In this document: positions 14,501 through 28,114 of the stretch, one piece after another
How positions within the stretch are numbered: the stretch's first letter is position 1
How the letters are laid out: the number at the start of each line of letters is the position of its first letter
Notes under the pieces: model-generated
Told to the model about the DNA's origin: nothing
What the model saw: the letters and a program-made list of their open reading frames with translations, nothing else
Databases searched by the model: none
Translations under genes and position numbers: made by a program
DNA from: Fimbriosthenelais zetlandica
Taxonomy: Eukaryota
Reading direction: 5' to 3'
Length of the DNA: 64,000 bases
Assembly: GCA_977030845.1 (NCBI GenBank)
Contig: OZ365114.1
Location: forward strand, 23,188,001-23,252,000

Positions 14501-16862
14501 CATCGGCAGATGGTTCCTGTATCCAAAAAGTAGATTTTAAAAATAATTTGCGATCACAATGCAGGTTTTTAAGCCAGAATCGAAAACATGTTAACCATCA
14601 ACTGCTGAGAACTTCATCAGACAGACTTGGAATGCCTCTCTTCTGACATTTGTATCCGACCAAGCGTGGTCAGGGAGCAATAGACCTTTATCTTGGTATG
14701 AATTCACCCTCAGGCTTCTTCCAAATTACCAATAAGACGTTTGCTTACTCATGAAGAACATGTGTGTAATATACACTATGTTTTTAAATGGAATTATACC
14801 TATGCATTCCTGTTTTGAATTCCTCTTGTGTAGATGTTCCAAGGTTCATGTGAAAATTTTGAAGACATATTTAGGTCAAAATTCACTGAAACTATTTTGA
14901 TGTTTACTAATGACCTTATTCCCATACAATTCACTTCAACATCCGCCCCCAAAGCATGCCTGAATGACACAGATACAACATAGGGTTTCCATGGTAACCC
15001 TATCTGGGTCAATACGTTGGATGAGTGACTGGAGAAAGGGAAAGGATGGGTGTGTCCTTGGCCACCCTTCATCTTAGTCTCGTGAACACGGGTTCAGAAG
15101 AGCTCATAACTAATTTCACACCTTTTTCATCTATAGGTGTAGTGAGTGTAGTGTACATGTGGCAAGGCGACATGTTGGCGTTACCTTCCGTCTTGCCTGC
15201 CTATACATAATGCCTTCACCGCGTTAGAAACCTGTTTTTCTTCCCCTGTTTTGAGGTGGAACTCTCCAATTTCCTCCTGCTCAGGAATTTCAGGTCAGGG
15301 GAATACATGTGCAACCATCACACTCTCACACTGAAAAGATTAAGCATACATACGTATGTAGAGGTTGCACATTTTTATCTTTGAAGCTCAGATATAATTG
15401 GAAGAATGGATGCTCAAATCTAATCATACTGAAATTAACTGTCGGGCCACTACAGCTTCTCTAATGTTACTTTAGTAGTCCAGTATGCTGACACTGGCTG
15501 TATCTATGACAACAAGTTCCACCTTGCCTGTAAGATAAGATTTTAGAAGCCCTCCATTTGCGCTCATATCTTTACATCTATCTCAGTAGGGGGCTCTTCA
15601 GGCTTCCTATCGTTTGACCTCGTACCTAGTGAAGGGATATCAGAATCCAAGACGGTAACAAACAGTCCCCGCTTCTTCCCCTCCCATATAGGTGATTTCT
15701 AAGTCACCCCCTCCCCACAATGTCATCAGGTCAAGTGGTCAGTTTATTCTCAACTGACTGTAAAGTGTCATCAGTTTCAGATGGCTCTCTTTCAAAGAAC
15801 TTTCCAAACTGTCATCAAACTGACTTGGTCGATGCCTCTGATGCTGTAACTTATGTATCCGATCTCATAACATTGTCAAGGAAGTTATTGTTATACAATT
15901 AGCCAAATATCCATCAGAATATTTGCTTATTTTACGATTTTTTAAATCCGTGTACATAGTTATCCGTGAAGATATTATCCCACCCATCAGCAACAAGCAC
16001 TCTAAGCTATGAGGAGTTCCTGTTTGGGGTCAGATATCCAAGTAAACCTCCCCCACCACTGATATGCTGCTGCTCTTTTTATCACGCATTGTTGGAGAAT
16101 ATGTATGGTGCAGTAGCTGATAAAAAAGCAATTTGGGGAAAAACACCGTCATAAAAACATCTTCATGGGGCTACATGCACCTCCAGGCCTGACATGAACT
16201 CCTTGAAAAAAGGAACACCCGCTGGCCATGCAGCATATACATGCTGGTTAAAGGATGGGAAAATATCTCCCTCTTCAAAATTTATAGTGCAAGATATCAT
16301 TCTATCGTAGCTTTTCAGAAATGTGTGAGATAAATCTGAGAAAAAAATTTACTTGAGCAAAAACCCTGAGTTATACGCTTTCTTAGTTTCTAGAATCTGC
16401 TCTCTTTCAATGTATCGCTAAAAATATTATTTTGCTATCATTGCCCTCCCTATTTCCAATTGGAAAATCGTTCTGACGATATTTTGTTTAGAATTACACA
16501 GGCATGGTTGTGTAAAAATAGACATGTTGGGGTTTGATGTGGTTTAAGTTAGAGAGAATTTAAAAGGGAGTTTATATAGATCAAGGTGATGGGGAGTGAC
16601 TTGCTTACTCGCGAGCTGACCAGGCAGAAAGCACCGCTGTAGATAGGGCACCAGTGGCATTTACTTCCTCATGCTAGTTTTCACACCAATCAGTCAACTG
16701 GAAGATCTCTATATTTATACATGTCACATTAACTCACCTTATCATTGTGTAAACGGACCTCAAACGATTCTATCAAGATCGTGACCAAGTCATCCATGTA
16801 TTCTTGATGGAATAAGTCATATTCATGAATCATGAATAGTAATAGGATCGAGATATTTTCAC

Positions 16863-16888
16863 AGTAATAGTAATAGTAATAGTAATAG
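16863..16888. repeat. (AGTAAT)4 microsatellite
   Basis: agtaat x4 plus ag; it produces the poly-Tyr run in ORF 16729-17028. Confidence 0.9.
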
Positions 16889-17473
16889 GTACAGAGTAAT
16901 AGATTAACAACCCTGTTCATGATACAATTGATCGTGATAACGTGACCGATTAGGTCCATCATTAGCCTGAACATACTTGCCAGTGCTATCTCAAAGCTAT
17001 GCGACTCACAAAATATATTAAAAAACAAGTCTGGATTGAGTGATTTGCATTCTTTGACAGGGAGAGCCCCCTTGGTAGATAATACGTTCTGGCTGATTCA
17101 TCAAGGAGCAAGACTGTTAGAAAGTGGTGTCTCAGAGGGCCCCATTCATCACAGAACTATTGTTCTCAAGACAGGCGTCCATTTATCAGTTGAGAGTGGA
17201 TCTGAGTCACTCATTCATCATGAAGTGAGTGTGGGAGCTGGTGGATCCCCGTAGCTGAATCTCCTCCAGCTGTACCATCTCCCACCCACTCACCCGTCCC
17301 TGCCCCATAACCTCCTCCAGATATGGTGGCGGTATAACTGGGAGATGCCATTGGAGTTCTGATGTAAAGTAATAGGGGAAAGATTGTAAGCTACAGCGGC
17401 TTTCGTACTGACACATACAGCTATGAACTGCCAATCTGGGACTTGGTTGTTGCCGTGACGGACGCCCTCTTCG

Positions 17474-18154
17474 AGCATTGAGCCATATTATAGAACCATT
17501 GGTCGTTTCTGTGGTGGCCGCCCTCCTCAAACATTGAGCCATATTATAGAACCATTGGTCGTTTCTGTGCTGGCCGCCCTCCTCAAGCATTGAGCCATAT
17601 TATAGAACCATTGGTCGTTTCTGTGGTGGCCGCCCTCCTCAAGCATTGAGCCATATTATAGAATCATTGGTCGTTTCTGTGGTGGCCGCCCTCCCTCAAG
17701 CATTGAGCCATATTATAGAACCATTGGTCGTTTCTGTGCTGGCCGCCCTCCCTCAAGCATTGAGCCATATTATAGAACCATTGGTCGTTTCTGTGGTGGC
17801 CGCCCTCCTCAAGCATTGAGTCATATTATAGAACCATTGGTCGTTTCTGTGGTGGCCGCCCTCCTCAAGCATTGAGTCATATTATAGAACCATTGGTCGT
17901 TTCTGTGGTGGCCGCCCTCCTCAAGCATTGAGTCATATTATAGAACTATTGGTCGTTTATGTGGTGGCCGCCCTCCTCAAGCATTGAGTCATATTATAGA
18001 ACCATTGGTCGTTTATGTGGTGGCACACTCCTCAAGCATTGAGCCATCTTATAGAATTTTTGGTCGTTTCTGTGGTGGCCGCCCTCCTCAAGCATTGAGC
18101 CATCGAATCATTGGTCGTTTCTGTAGAGGCCGCCCTCCTCAAGCATTGAGCCAT
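17474..18154. repeat. 56-bp minisatellite array 1 (12 full units plus a partial unit)
   Basis: Unit agcattgagccatattatagaaccattggtcgtttctgtggtggccgccctcctca. The cattgag anchor occurs at 17476, 17532, 17588, 17644, 17701, 17758, 17814, 17870, 17926, 17982, 18037, 18093 and 18144. Confidence 0.97.
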
Positions 18155-18161
18155 CTTACTA

Positions 18162-18241
18162 CAGTCTGTTCACTCTAAGTTGATCCGAAACCACCATACA
18201 TATGTACTGTAGTTTCGGATCAACTTAGAGTAAACAGACTG
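18162..18241. mobile_element. 80-bp hairpin MITE, Tc1/mariner-type ends
   Basis: TA|CAGTCTGTT...AACAGACTG|TA. The 30-bp terminal inverted repeats have one mismatch and enclose a 20-nt loop. CAGT termini with TA duplication are typical of Tc1/mariner. Confidence 0.75.
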
Positions 18242-18383
18242 TATATATCCATTGATGCCATTGGAGTTCTGATGTAAAGTAATAGGGGAAAGATTGTAAG
18301 CTACAGCGGCTTTCGTACTGACACATACAGCTATGAACTGCCAATCTGGGACTTGGTTGTTGCCGTGACGGACGCCCTCTTCG

Positions 18384-18847
18384 AGCATTGAGCCATACTA
18401 TTATAGAACCATTGGTCGTTTCTGTGGTGGCCGCCCTCCTCAAACATTGAGCCATATTATAGAACCATTGGTCGTTTCTGTGCTGGCCGCCCTCCTCAAG
18501 CATTGAGCCATATTATAGAACCATTGGTCGTTTCTGTGGTGGCCGCCCTCCTCAAGCATTGAGCCATATTATAGAATCATTGGTCGTTTCTGTGGTGGCC
18601 GCCCTCCCTCAAGCATTGAGCCATATTATAGAACCATTGGTCGTTTCTGTGGTGGCCGCCCTCCTCAAGCATTGAGTCATATTATAGAACTATTGGTCGT
18701 TTATGTGGTGGCCGCCCTCCTCAAGCATTGAGTCATATTATAGAACCATTGGTCGTTTATGTGGTGGCACACTCCTCAAGCATTGAGCCATCTTATAGAA
18801 TTTTTGGTCGTTTCTGTGGTGGCCGCCCTCCTCAAGCATTGAGCCAT
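18384..18847. repeat. 56-bp minisatellite array 2 (8 full units plus a partial unit)
   Basis: Same unit; the cattgag anchor occurs at 18386, 18445, 18501, 18557, 18614, 18670, 18726, 18781 and 18837. Confidence 0.97.
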
Positions 18848-18854
18848 CTTACTA

Positions 18855-18934
18855 CAGTCTGTTCACTCTAAGTTGATCCGAAACCACCATACATATGTAC
18901 TGTAGTTTCGGATCAACGTAGAGTAAACAGACTG
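18855..18934. mobile_element. Second copy of the 80-bp MITE
   Basis: Identical to 18162-18241 except one T/G difference (caacttag vs caacgtag); flanked by TA. Confidence 0.75.
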
Positions 18935-21900
18935 TATATATCCATTGGTCATTTCTGTGATTACCACTCCATGTCTTGATCAAGGCCATCGTAGAGCCCA
19001 TGTACTTGAGCCCACCATAATTAATGTAGTAGTAGGAAAGATACTTCACAGAAAGAATACAAAATGACGTTATTGACGACTTGATTATACATCCTGAACT
19101 ATGTATATGTCTGCGTGCTTGTATACATAGTGTTTGTTTCTCTATGTGTATGGGCGTGTTGTAGCTGTTCGTGAGTACACTGACTGGGTGCATCATTTTC
19201 ACCTGTTGGTGAGTGTATATGTATGTATTATACGGTACATGTACTCTGCTATCCCCTACCTTTCTCTTTCTGGAGGCGAAGTCTGGTTATATGATGCTGG
19301 CGTACCCAGCCTATGTTTTGGCCACTCAGTGAGAGTGATAAACACACCATCCCCTGGATGGACTTTTCTTTTCTCTACTCTATACTTCCACTATACCTAC
19401 CCACATGTCTACACCTTCCTCTAGTCTTTTACCTTCCTATAAAAAGCTACCGGGTGTACACAAGCTCTAATGGTCCATTTTTGTCATAAAAAGAAGTAAA
19501 CTGAACCATCTTCTCCATACCAATGAACATAGAGCGTGAGAATCACTGATGGGCACGCTAACAGAATATTACATTTAAAATTATTTATGACTCCAAGTCA
19601 GGAATCACCTTTCAGAACCCTTGTTCTCGTACCTTAAAAAATGAATATATAAAAGTTTTATTTATGAGACCAATGCCTGCGAATGTGGGCAACATCTGAA
19701 GTATCTGAACATGAAATCTGGTTTGACTATTGGGGAAAGTGTAAAAATAACCTTACTGGCATCAGGGATTTATTGTAGGAAATCTGTATTTGATATCATT
19801 AGAATAACAGTGATATAACAACTTGGATGCCAACTTGGATGGAGTTCTTTTTCTTCCTCATTTGGCAGCTGTCCATTGTTATAATCTGACCAAGATGGGT
19901 TTATTTTTGTCCCTGTTATCATGACACATCATAAACAGGTTTATATTTACCTGCCATCTTTGTTCCATTAATATTGTACCTTCAAGTTTACACCTTGAGG
20001 TCATATCTGCAGCACGCATGTGCATGTTATACCTTTATTTTCACAACCAGGCCCATAAGGTTCCGGCTCATGGATCCCTCCAGCAGAGAAACATTATTTG
20101 GACAGATTTCCTCCTCCAAACTTTACTCCCTGATGATCTGGTCTCTCCAGATCAGTCCTGGATCTGCTTGAAGCCACGTTATGCTTGTTGATAGTGGAAA
20201 CTGTACAAACTAGCAGGGCATGATGAATGTAGGTCATGGTATTCATCTGCTGAGTTTGACCTCATTCAGGTGAGCAGGTGCTTGAGCTACTCCAATTCCC
20301 TGATCAATTTCTAGTGACCGTTTTGAAAGTCTGCCACTTAACATACATGTGCATTTCACCAGACCATAACACCAGGAAAAACTACAGATGCCCTTGAAAC
20401 CAGTCTTAACTTGCAGAACATAGCAGAACTTTGAGAAATTGAAAAAAAGAGCTTGGTGCTATGTAGACATCCCTTCTCATGCTCTCTGCACCTTGTTTTT
20501 CTGCACATGGATGATGTCTGATAGCTCATCCCTCTCATCATCCCCTTCTGTAGATTGCCTGTCATTTATTTCCCCCTGAGCAACTACCTGTTAAACCCTG
20601 TCAGTCAGCAGCTGTCCTGGGGACGGCCGCCATTCCGGCTGCGCCAGGGAGACAAGCATCCTTACAGCCTGTCACTTGAGCCTACTTTTTGTGATAAATA
20701 CTTCTTCGCTGGGGTTTTTTCTCCTTCCCTTCTGACCTATATTATGATGTATAAGGTGGAGAGGTATAGATGGTGAGGGAGTCGGAAAACAAGAGGAAAG
20801 CGAGAGAAGTTGTTGACATAAGCTGAAATGCCAGGGCCAGGTGCTGTGTTTTACAACTTTCTGGGGTCCTCTTGCAGGTGACCGTACAAGTCCTGTGCAT
20901 TAATGTCATTTGTTCTCTGGCTGTAGGAAAGAGGAACCATGTAAATTACATATTTATGTCAGATAACAGAGTACAGTGTTTCAGTCTGCAGGGGTAAATA
21001 CATAGTTCCCTATATCGAGTCTGATATGGAGTGAATGGAGGACTACGTTTCCCAATGCTTCCCAACATGATACCAATGATGGAGTCAAAAACATAACATC
21101 CATTGTAAACATACCAAAAAATAGACACCTGTCCCTGATCAGGATGGGAATACGGAGTGAGTGTCCCTCCACTTGGTGGGGGTTTTTTGTGTCACCATCT
21201 CTGTCAGTGTTATTCCTCCTCCCTCACCTCCACCAGATGCCATCTTGGTGGACCCCCCTGCTTGATTTCTCCCAGCTTCTCCCCATCTGTTCAGATTCGG
21301 ATCATACCCCGTTGTTTTCTCCAGAACGTACTGCCTCACCTCGTAAATCTATAAACGAACATAACGTTGTCTTTGAATTGTGTACATAATCTTCATGTAA
21401 GAACACAGTTTTCTTCCTTAGTCTATACTGGGTTGGATGGTAGTGTGACAAGACTACTTTTGGAATTTTAGCTCCGGGGGTTTGTATACCATTATAAAGA
21501 TTTTCTACACTATTACCCGAGGAAGGAGACCAAATTGGTAATGAATTTCCTCCCAGTAAACTCTTAAATCTACAGCTCCTTATCTGGCATCCAAATCTCG
21601 TGCCTCCTTGAGAAAACACGAGATCATGCAGATTAGATAGAACGTCGGTGCATGGGCGATATAGTAACTGTTTGGTCTTTCAGCAGAATATCGGCCTCCA
21701 GTGATAATATCTCTGGGTACATTAACTCACTGGGATCTTGTAAGAAAAATATATTGTAAGAAAGGGAGAAAAGAAGTAATAGATTCCTCTGGGATTAGAA
21801 TAACGACATTGGAGGAGACAAGGGCTATAGGGTGCGGCTGGTATACCGTCTGTGACGTCAGGATTTTTCTCCCGGCGGCCAGTATTTTTTGAGGTTTGGC

Positions 21901-24900
21901 CATGTCATCTAAGGTCTGCTATTCAGGCTATCACCAGTATCAGTGGCCAGGATGTGGTGTGAGAATTTGAGTAATAAGTGGGTTACCTATGCTCCACCCT
22001 GGTCTAGTTATCTCTAAATCACTGGACTCTATTTCCGCTGAACGTGCTCAGTGTATTTTGAAGTGAAACGACCGTGCCTTGCAACCAGGCCCTAACTTAT
22101 TTTCTGCAGGCATTCAGACTTCATTTTCTGCTTTTGAAATCGGGATCTCTCACTGGTGTGGAGGTGGGATGAAAAACGACCTGGGGCTATTGAAAAACTA
22201 TTGAGTTCACGTGTTCTCCTTTTGATGTGTCTATATGAACGCTGGGCACAATATCTGTACTTGGACGCTGTACATTTATCATGGGTGCCATCTATTTGAG
22301 ATTTCGATATATTAACAGTGTACAATTCTGATAATTATGTTTTCTTCTGAGTATATTCGTTTTTGAGTATATTATTAGTGGCAGATCTGCCTTGGCCTAT
22401 TTACTTCTGCCCTCCTTCCCTTTGTGTTATGATCTCGGCCTTTGTGTTTGAGATCATGTTTAGGCATGGCTCATGCTGGCTGGGAGGGGTTCTGTATAGG
22501 TTTACGATCATTCCAGCTAACTTGACTTCACCTTTTTTACCCTTGCTTCATCAGCATCAGGCTCAGTCCTATATACATGCCACCAACCTCCAAACAACCA
22601 TCTAACTCCCTGACAGCATTTTCCCTATCTGAACCTACTCCCGCTATCCATTCCCCGAGCTACTTGATTGCTTGATGCTCGCTCATTAAAAATTGACCAA
22701 CTTCAGAGCATTATACCAATACCACAGAATAAGTCAGCTTTTTGTTTGCACAGAAATTAGTAACTGTCATGGCAATTTTAAGCATGTATATTTATATACA
22801 TGTATGTTAACTGCATACAGTTTATTTTCCAGTTTTTTCTCCACATAAGCTTTTCCTGATGGACAATGTTTTGATTTGGTTATAAATGTTGTGTGGTGAC
22901 ACCCAACATTCTGGCCATATTTCCTCACTTTCTGCCCTTCCACTCAGACAGCAAGCTAATTGAGGGGACAATTTACGATCACAGGATCTGATCCCAGTGG
23001 TATTTAATGGCCAGGGCTGGGGCAGAAAGCCATGTAGCTCGGTGTTCACATAGCTCTAATCGCCCCTGGCCCTGTATTTGTTTGTGTTTAGCAATATGAT
23101 TGATTCTTTTAAACACGACCAGGACAGAGAACCAGAACCCATCAAACTATTTATAATGAGTGCATTATACACGGGTGAGGAGTATTGACATGACTTAGAG
23201 TACATCATGTGAAATTAGCCTCTAAGGCAGAACATGCAATGCTTGTAAGTCCATAAGTTCTGAATGGACTCTTCCAAGAACAGCTCTATCATTAGTTTCA
23301 TAATAAGAATCGATAATTATGATAGACTCTGGAACTGATGAATGAAAGATTCTAGATGCAAAAATCGTGGAATGTGTAAATAAACAGAGTAGCCTAACTT
23401 GACACGTTCGATTCATGTAGCATGTAAACCACTTCAGTGCCTTCACCCTTGTAACTAATGTCTTTACAGGGTTGGGGTCCTTCAAAGGTTGTAACCTTCT
23501 CTCTTGGCTGCATATTACATACTGTAGCGCCTATTGGAAACTTGGCAAAGCTCGCTTTCCCCCCTTCTATGAAAACAAAAGCACCACTGACTCTCGGGGT
23601 CTGCGGGTGAAAATACGAGTAACAAATGTGCTGAGTCGCTCATGAATAACAAAAAGCATATGGCGGATCGGTCACACAGAGCTTTCATCATGACTTTTTG
23701 AGGCGGTCTCATGCCAGCACTGCTTACAATATTTAGCCATTTTGTTGGAAATGTTTTATATTTGTGACAGTTTTGTTAAGGGGGAGGCGCTTGTGGTATA
23801 CCATGGTGTATGCCGAGACATAAACGCTAAGTGCAGAGTTTTGTCACATATGGCAGCCTTTAACAAAGCATTTAAGACTTCAATAAACAAGAGGTGGTAT
23901 GGTTTATGGCATTGTCCTCCGCCATGAGTACATTAAGAACTTCTGTTTGTTCTTTTTGTTTATTGAACTAATAGTTGTCAGGGGGGCGTGTTACTTCCTA
24001 TACCACAGATATATTATGTTTTTTTTGCCAGAGAGAAAATCGTGCACGTCTTTAAGGAAGTTATTATTATTAAGTATTTATTAAGGAAGTTACTTGACTA
24101 TTAAAATAGTAGTACTGGTAACAGACTCAACAATTCCCTACGCTCAGAACGACCAGATACTTGGACAGGCATATTTAGATAGAATGATCTTCCACTCGTC
24201 TTCAATAATCTTTGTTCCCTCGTCCCTCTTCCTGTCTATTCCCCTTTGTACCTCCTCCCCTCCCCTGTTTTTCCCTCTGATCCCCACCCCTGTGGGTATC
24301 GCCCTCCTCCTGGATCCAGCCCTCTGTGATATATGCCCCTGCCCCTGGAGGAGCATCGCTTTACACTGTTTCCTGGTGTAGGATAAGCATGCCCGGCATG
24401 CCTACACTCCTAAACATGCTTGGTTAGGCATCGACTGAACGCCGACTAACCAAAACCTGCCTGATAACCTCAGGTTAGGAAAAGCAAATGGCATCAATCC
24501 TCTCCCTTCTTTCCTTGATTTTATCAGATTTTGAACTTGAGAATCCCTCTCTTTCATGTATTTCCTCTCTGAAGAGATGGGTATGGCGGAAATAGCCTCT
24601 AAAAACATAAAAAAAAATATCTGTTCAGACCAATGTATGTTTGCTTAGCAGATGGATTGACTTGGATCTTCCACATATCATTTCTACAGATCTAGTTTTA
24701 CAACCTCCATAACTATAAAAGATAAGAGGCGAAAGAGGTTCTTCAAATGATAAGCAAGATAGGATGGAAGGCTCTTAAGGTAAATTGGGCATAATTTACC
24801 ATACTATAGCAGAGAATTCTTAGAAATCAAATAATAAGTCATTAAACTATGAATTTGTATTGGAGTAATAAATTATATATGATCTATCATTAAAATATTA

Positions 24901-27866
24901 TTAGCCTACTGATATCTTCAGCAGTATATTCTGATATCATTAGCAACATTTTCTGATTTCTCGTGGCCATAAGCCCTGCCCTATCTCAACCTCTGTTACC
25001 TGCCCGGCTTAGATTCACACGTGATCGGAAACGAGGCTTCAGTCTCGCAGTTTCCCGCAGTTTGAACACGTGGTTCTCGTTTTCGCGAGGTTCCAAGCCC
25101 TGAACTAAACCAGGTGTCACTCTGGGGTCCCTCGACTCTAACCTGTACACGGGTAACAAACTGGTATATTTTAATACATATTTTACCTTATATACTCACC
25201 ATCGAGCTTAGATCTCTTTACGAAAAAAAAACAGAAAAAGGAAAAAGCTGCTTGAAGGCGAGTGTACATGTATAGACCTATACCTGCCTGCCAGTGCATT
25301 TTACTCATGGTTGGAGTTGCTTTTTCTAAATATCAGATCTTTACTTGAGTCAGATAGTGCACCCTACTTTTCAGTGATTCAACTAGGGATATTTTTAGAC
25401 TCTGGTTGAGGTGGCAGTCTACCAGAAAATGGCAGATGATTCCCACACCTAAGTCAGCTTAGTGTATTTTAGTGTGACTTTTATGGACTTTTTCCCAATG
25501 AAATGTAATGTGAAGGATTCAATTTCCCAACTCTTCTGCTGAGGGTTGAGGTTTCCTTCAAACATATCTTCCTCACTACGAAATATGAATTATTTGAACC
25601 AAGGAGTATACTCGTTGGTTGAACTGAGTTCATTCTTGAGGATATAGTTCAGAGATACATTTTCAGCTTTGAGGGGAATATCTCAAGTTGATGCTTGACG
25701 TTTTGACTTGCTTTTCAGCATTCAGATAATATTTTCAGCAACTGAGTCGCCCTTATCCCCTTCAGATGAGTGTGACGTGATGGCCATGACAGACTATGAC
25801 ACCCTATCCTCTCCACACTCAGGATTCCTGAGTGTCAAGAACTCAGGAGACCCCAGTAGCTGTCCACGCCCAGACCCAGACTTACACTGAGGCAGGAGGT
25901 CCATACATGAGAAAATGAAATAATAGAGGAACGAAGGGAGAATGGTGGATCTGATAGATTTAGAGGCAGAAGAGGAAGAGTTAGAGAAGGTGGAAGGAGT
26001 GAAGGAAGATTGGTAGTGTTGAGACTTCACTGGGATCTCTCAAGCTTAGACAAATGCCAGATATTCTTTCCTTCACCAACCATTCCTTCTGTCCTAACCC
26101 ATTTCTGCCCTACACATAGTTGAGGTGAAAAGGAAGCAGGTTCTGTGGTTACGAAGTGGAACCCATCTCTCACCGAATTCCACAGTTCTATTTTCACATA
26201 TATTTCACATGCCTTTGGTATTATTCTTCTCTGATAACATGTGAGTATGAAGAAAGTGGAGATCCGGAATTGTTGTTAAGAACTGAGAGATAATTGGACT
26301 TCTAAGTCTAAGAAAAAAGTCAGTTGACTTTGTTTTCAAGATTCCCTTGTGCTGACTCATATTGAAGTCCAAGTGACGAGTGATAGATTCCCCCTGGAAC
26401 AAAAGCACAGTACAAGTGTTAGCCAATTGCTTGATAAGCGTTTTGTATTAGAAATATAGGGAAAAATGTGCATCTGCATTGCATTGTGGCCAGTTGCCTT
26501 GTAGTTCATGGGTACAAATATCAGGAGAAGGAAAGACACTTCTCATTAAAATAATATATACAAAATCCAAACGATGCCCTGATGACAGGTGCCAAGAGGA
26601 TATATTGATCATGTCAGCACATGAGCCTTATTGTGAAAGATATTGACATTTCCAACCCAAATAATGATGCATGGTACTAACAGGATATTGAAGATATTTA
26701 TAAACTTACAATTGGCTACAGTTCACCTATATCCATCATCCCCACCCCCTCCCCTGCACCATTACAAAGCTAGCACACATTAGACCCCATTAACCACCAG
26801 CCAGTGATTCATACACTCACTCCATAAGAGATAAGATAATAAGTGTGAGTTAAGTGAGCTGCTCTCTAACTCTGTTTATAGGCCAAACAACTTTTAATGT
26901 TTGTTTTGGTTCCTCTTACAACTGCAAAAATGTTGACTACTTCCCTACTGGACCTGTAGGTCAGCAGTAGCGAATAACTCCCTCTGAACTGCCTTTGACA
27001 AATATATATCTTTATCCTACTTTTTTTGTTCCCCAGTGTGAATGTTAAGAAACTTCGGATAGAACAAAGGTTGAGTTGTGGACATGGGCTCCTTTGTAAA
27101 ACCTGGGTTTGTCAGTTGACACGAGCTAAGGCTTTCTTGTTTATATCAATGTCTTGTTTTAAAGCTAACTAAGACTGTGCCCTTGGGCTTATTTAAAGCT
27201 CTGTTACATTAGCTCTCAGTGGATAAAGATGTTACCGAGTCTGGGGGTGGATACGGCACTAAATAGACTTGAGAATGTTGTTTTGCATACATGTGCCCTT
27301 GGGATCCAATTTTTTTTGTGTTGGCCTTGCCTGAAATGCCTGTCAGTGACTGAGCAACTCGCTGTGGGTGCCGTAGTCTGTGAGTGACCACATTGTGAGG
27401 TACCGCTCAGAGAGCTACTCGCCCTATATAATAAGCTCCTGGACACATGTGGGTGACTTATTGGAGTATGTAAGCTGGTGTAGGCTGGATGGTTAAATCA
27501 CATAACCCACACATTATATACACACGGGGATTACATCTCCTAACACACACATGATCCTTATCAACCCATAACGCATCATCATTGGTAAGTTAGTTTGTCT
27601 TGTTGATCTCTGTATCTCTGTAACATAAACACGAGTCAGTGTTGATTTGTACAAGTAGTGGTCATATGGTCACATCACACACTTATATACATGCCTTCAG
27701 CCATGTTGTGTGTACCCAATTCTGTCTTGCCCCTGGCGATTGAGACTCTCCTTGGGCTCTCTCACATGTGGAGTCTTACACTGACCAAATTACCTATATA
27801 CACCGCTATGTGTCCTGCAGATATCCTAAAGTACTTCGCCTGTATTTTCGTTTGTTATCAATCACA

Positions 27867-28114
27867 GTGCATTATCAATCTTACTGACAAACATGGTGCA
27901 TTATCAATCTTATTGTCAATCATGGTGCATTATCAATCTTATTGTCAATCATGGTGCATTATCAATCTTGTTGTCAAAAGGGAGCATTATCAATCCTGCT
28001 GTCAATCATGGTGCATTATCAATCTTGTTGTCAATAAGGGTGCATTATCAATCTTGTTGTCAATAAGGGTGCATTATCAATCTTGTTGTCAATAAGGGTG
28101 CATTATAATCTTGT
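27867..28114. repeat. 29-bp minisatellite, ~8.5 units
   Basis: Unit gtgcattatcaatcttgttgtcaataagg. It accounts for the repetitive part of ORF 27658-28095. Confidence 0.95.

Larger units (their letters stand above)
17344..18946. repeat. Tandem segmental duplication: 910-bp copy (17344-18253) plus 693-bp copy (18254-18946)
   Basis: The ~130-bp unique leader (gatgccattggagttctgatg...), the 56-bp array and the MITE are all repeated in the same order. The junction reads ccattg-atg-ccattgg. Confidence 0.95.

Noticed and set aside
17207-18503. ORFs of 62-127 aa at 17207-17590, 17290-17478, 17984-18178, 18170-18388 and 18225-18503
   Set aside because: They are by-products of the satellite and the duplication, with no domain signal.
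17474-18847. CRISPR-like appearance of the 56-bp arrays
   Set aside because: The units are contiguous with no unique spacers, there are no cas genes, and the context is eukaryotic.
20832-23074. cagggccagg ends suggesting a hAT element
   Set aside because: The inverted match is only 10 bp and there is no 8-bp target-site duplication.
27658-28095. 145-aa ORF
   Set aside because: Its length comes largely from the 29-bp tandem repeat read in shifting frames.
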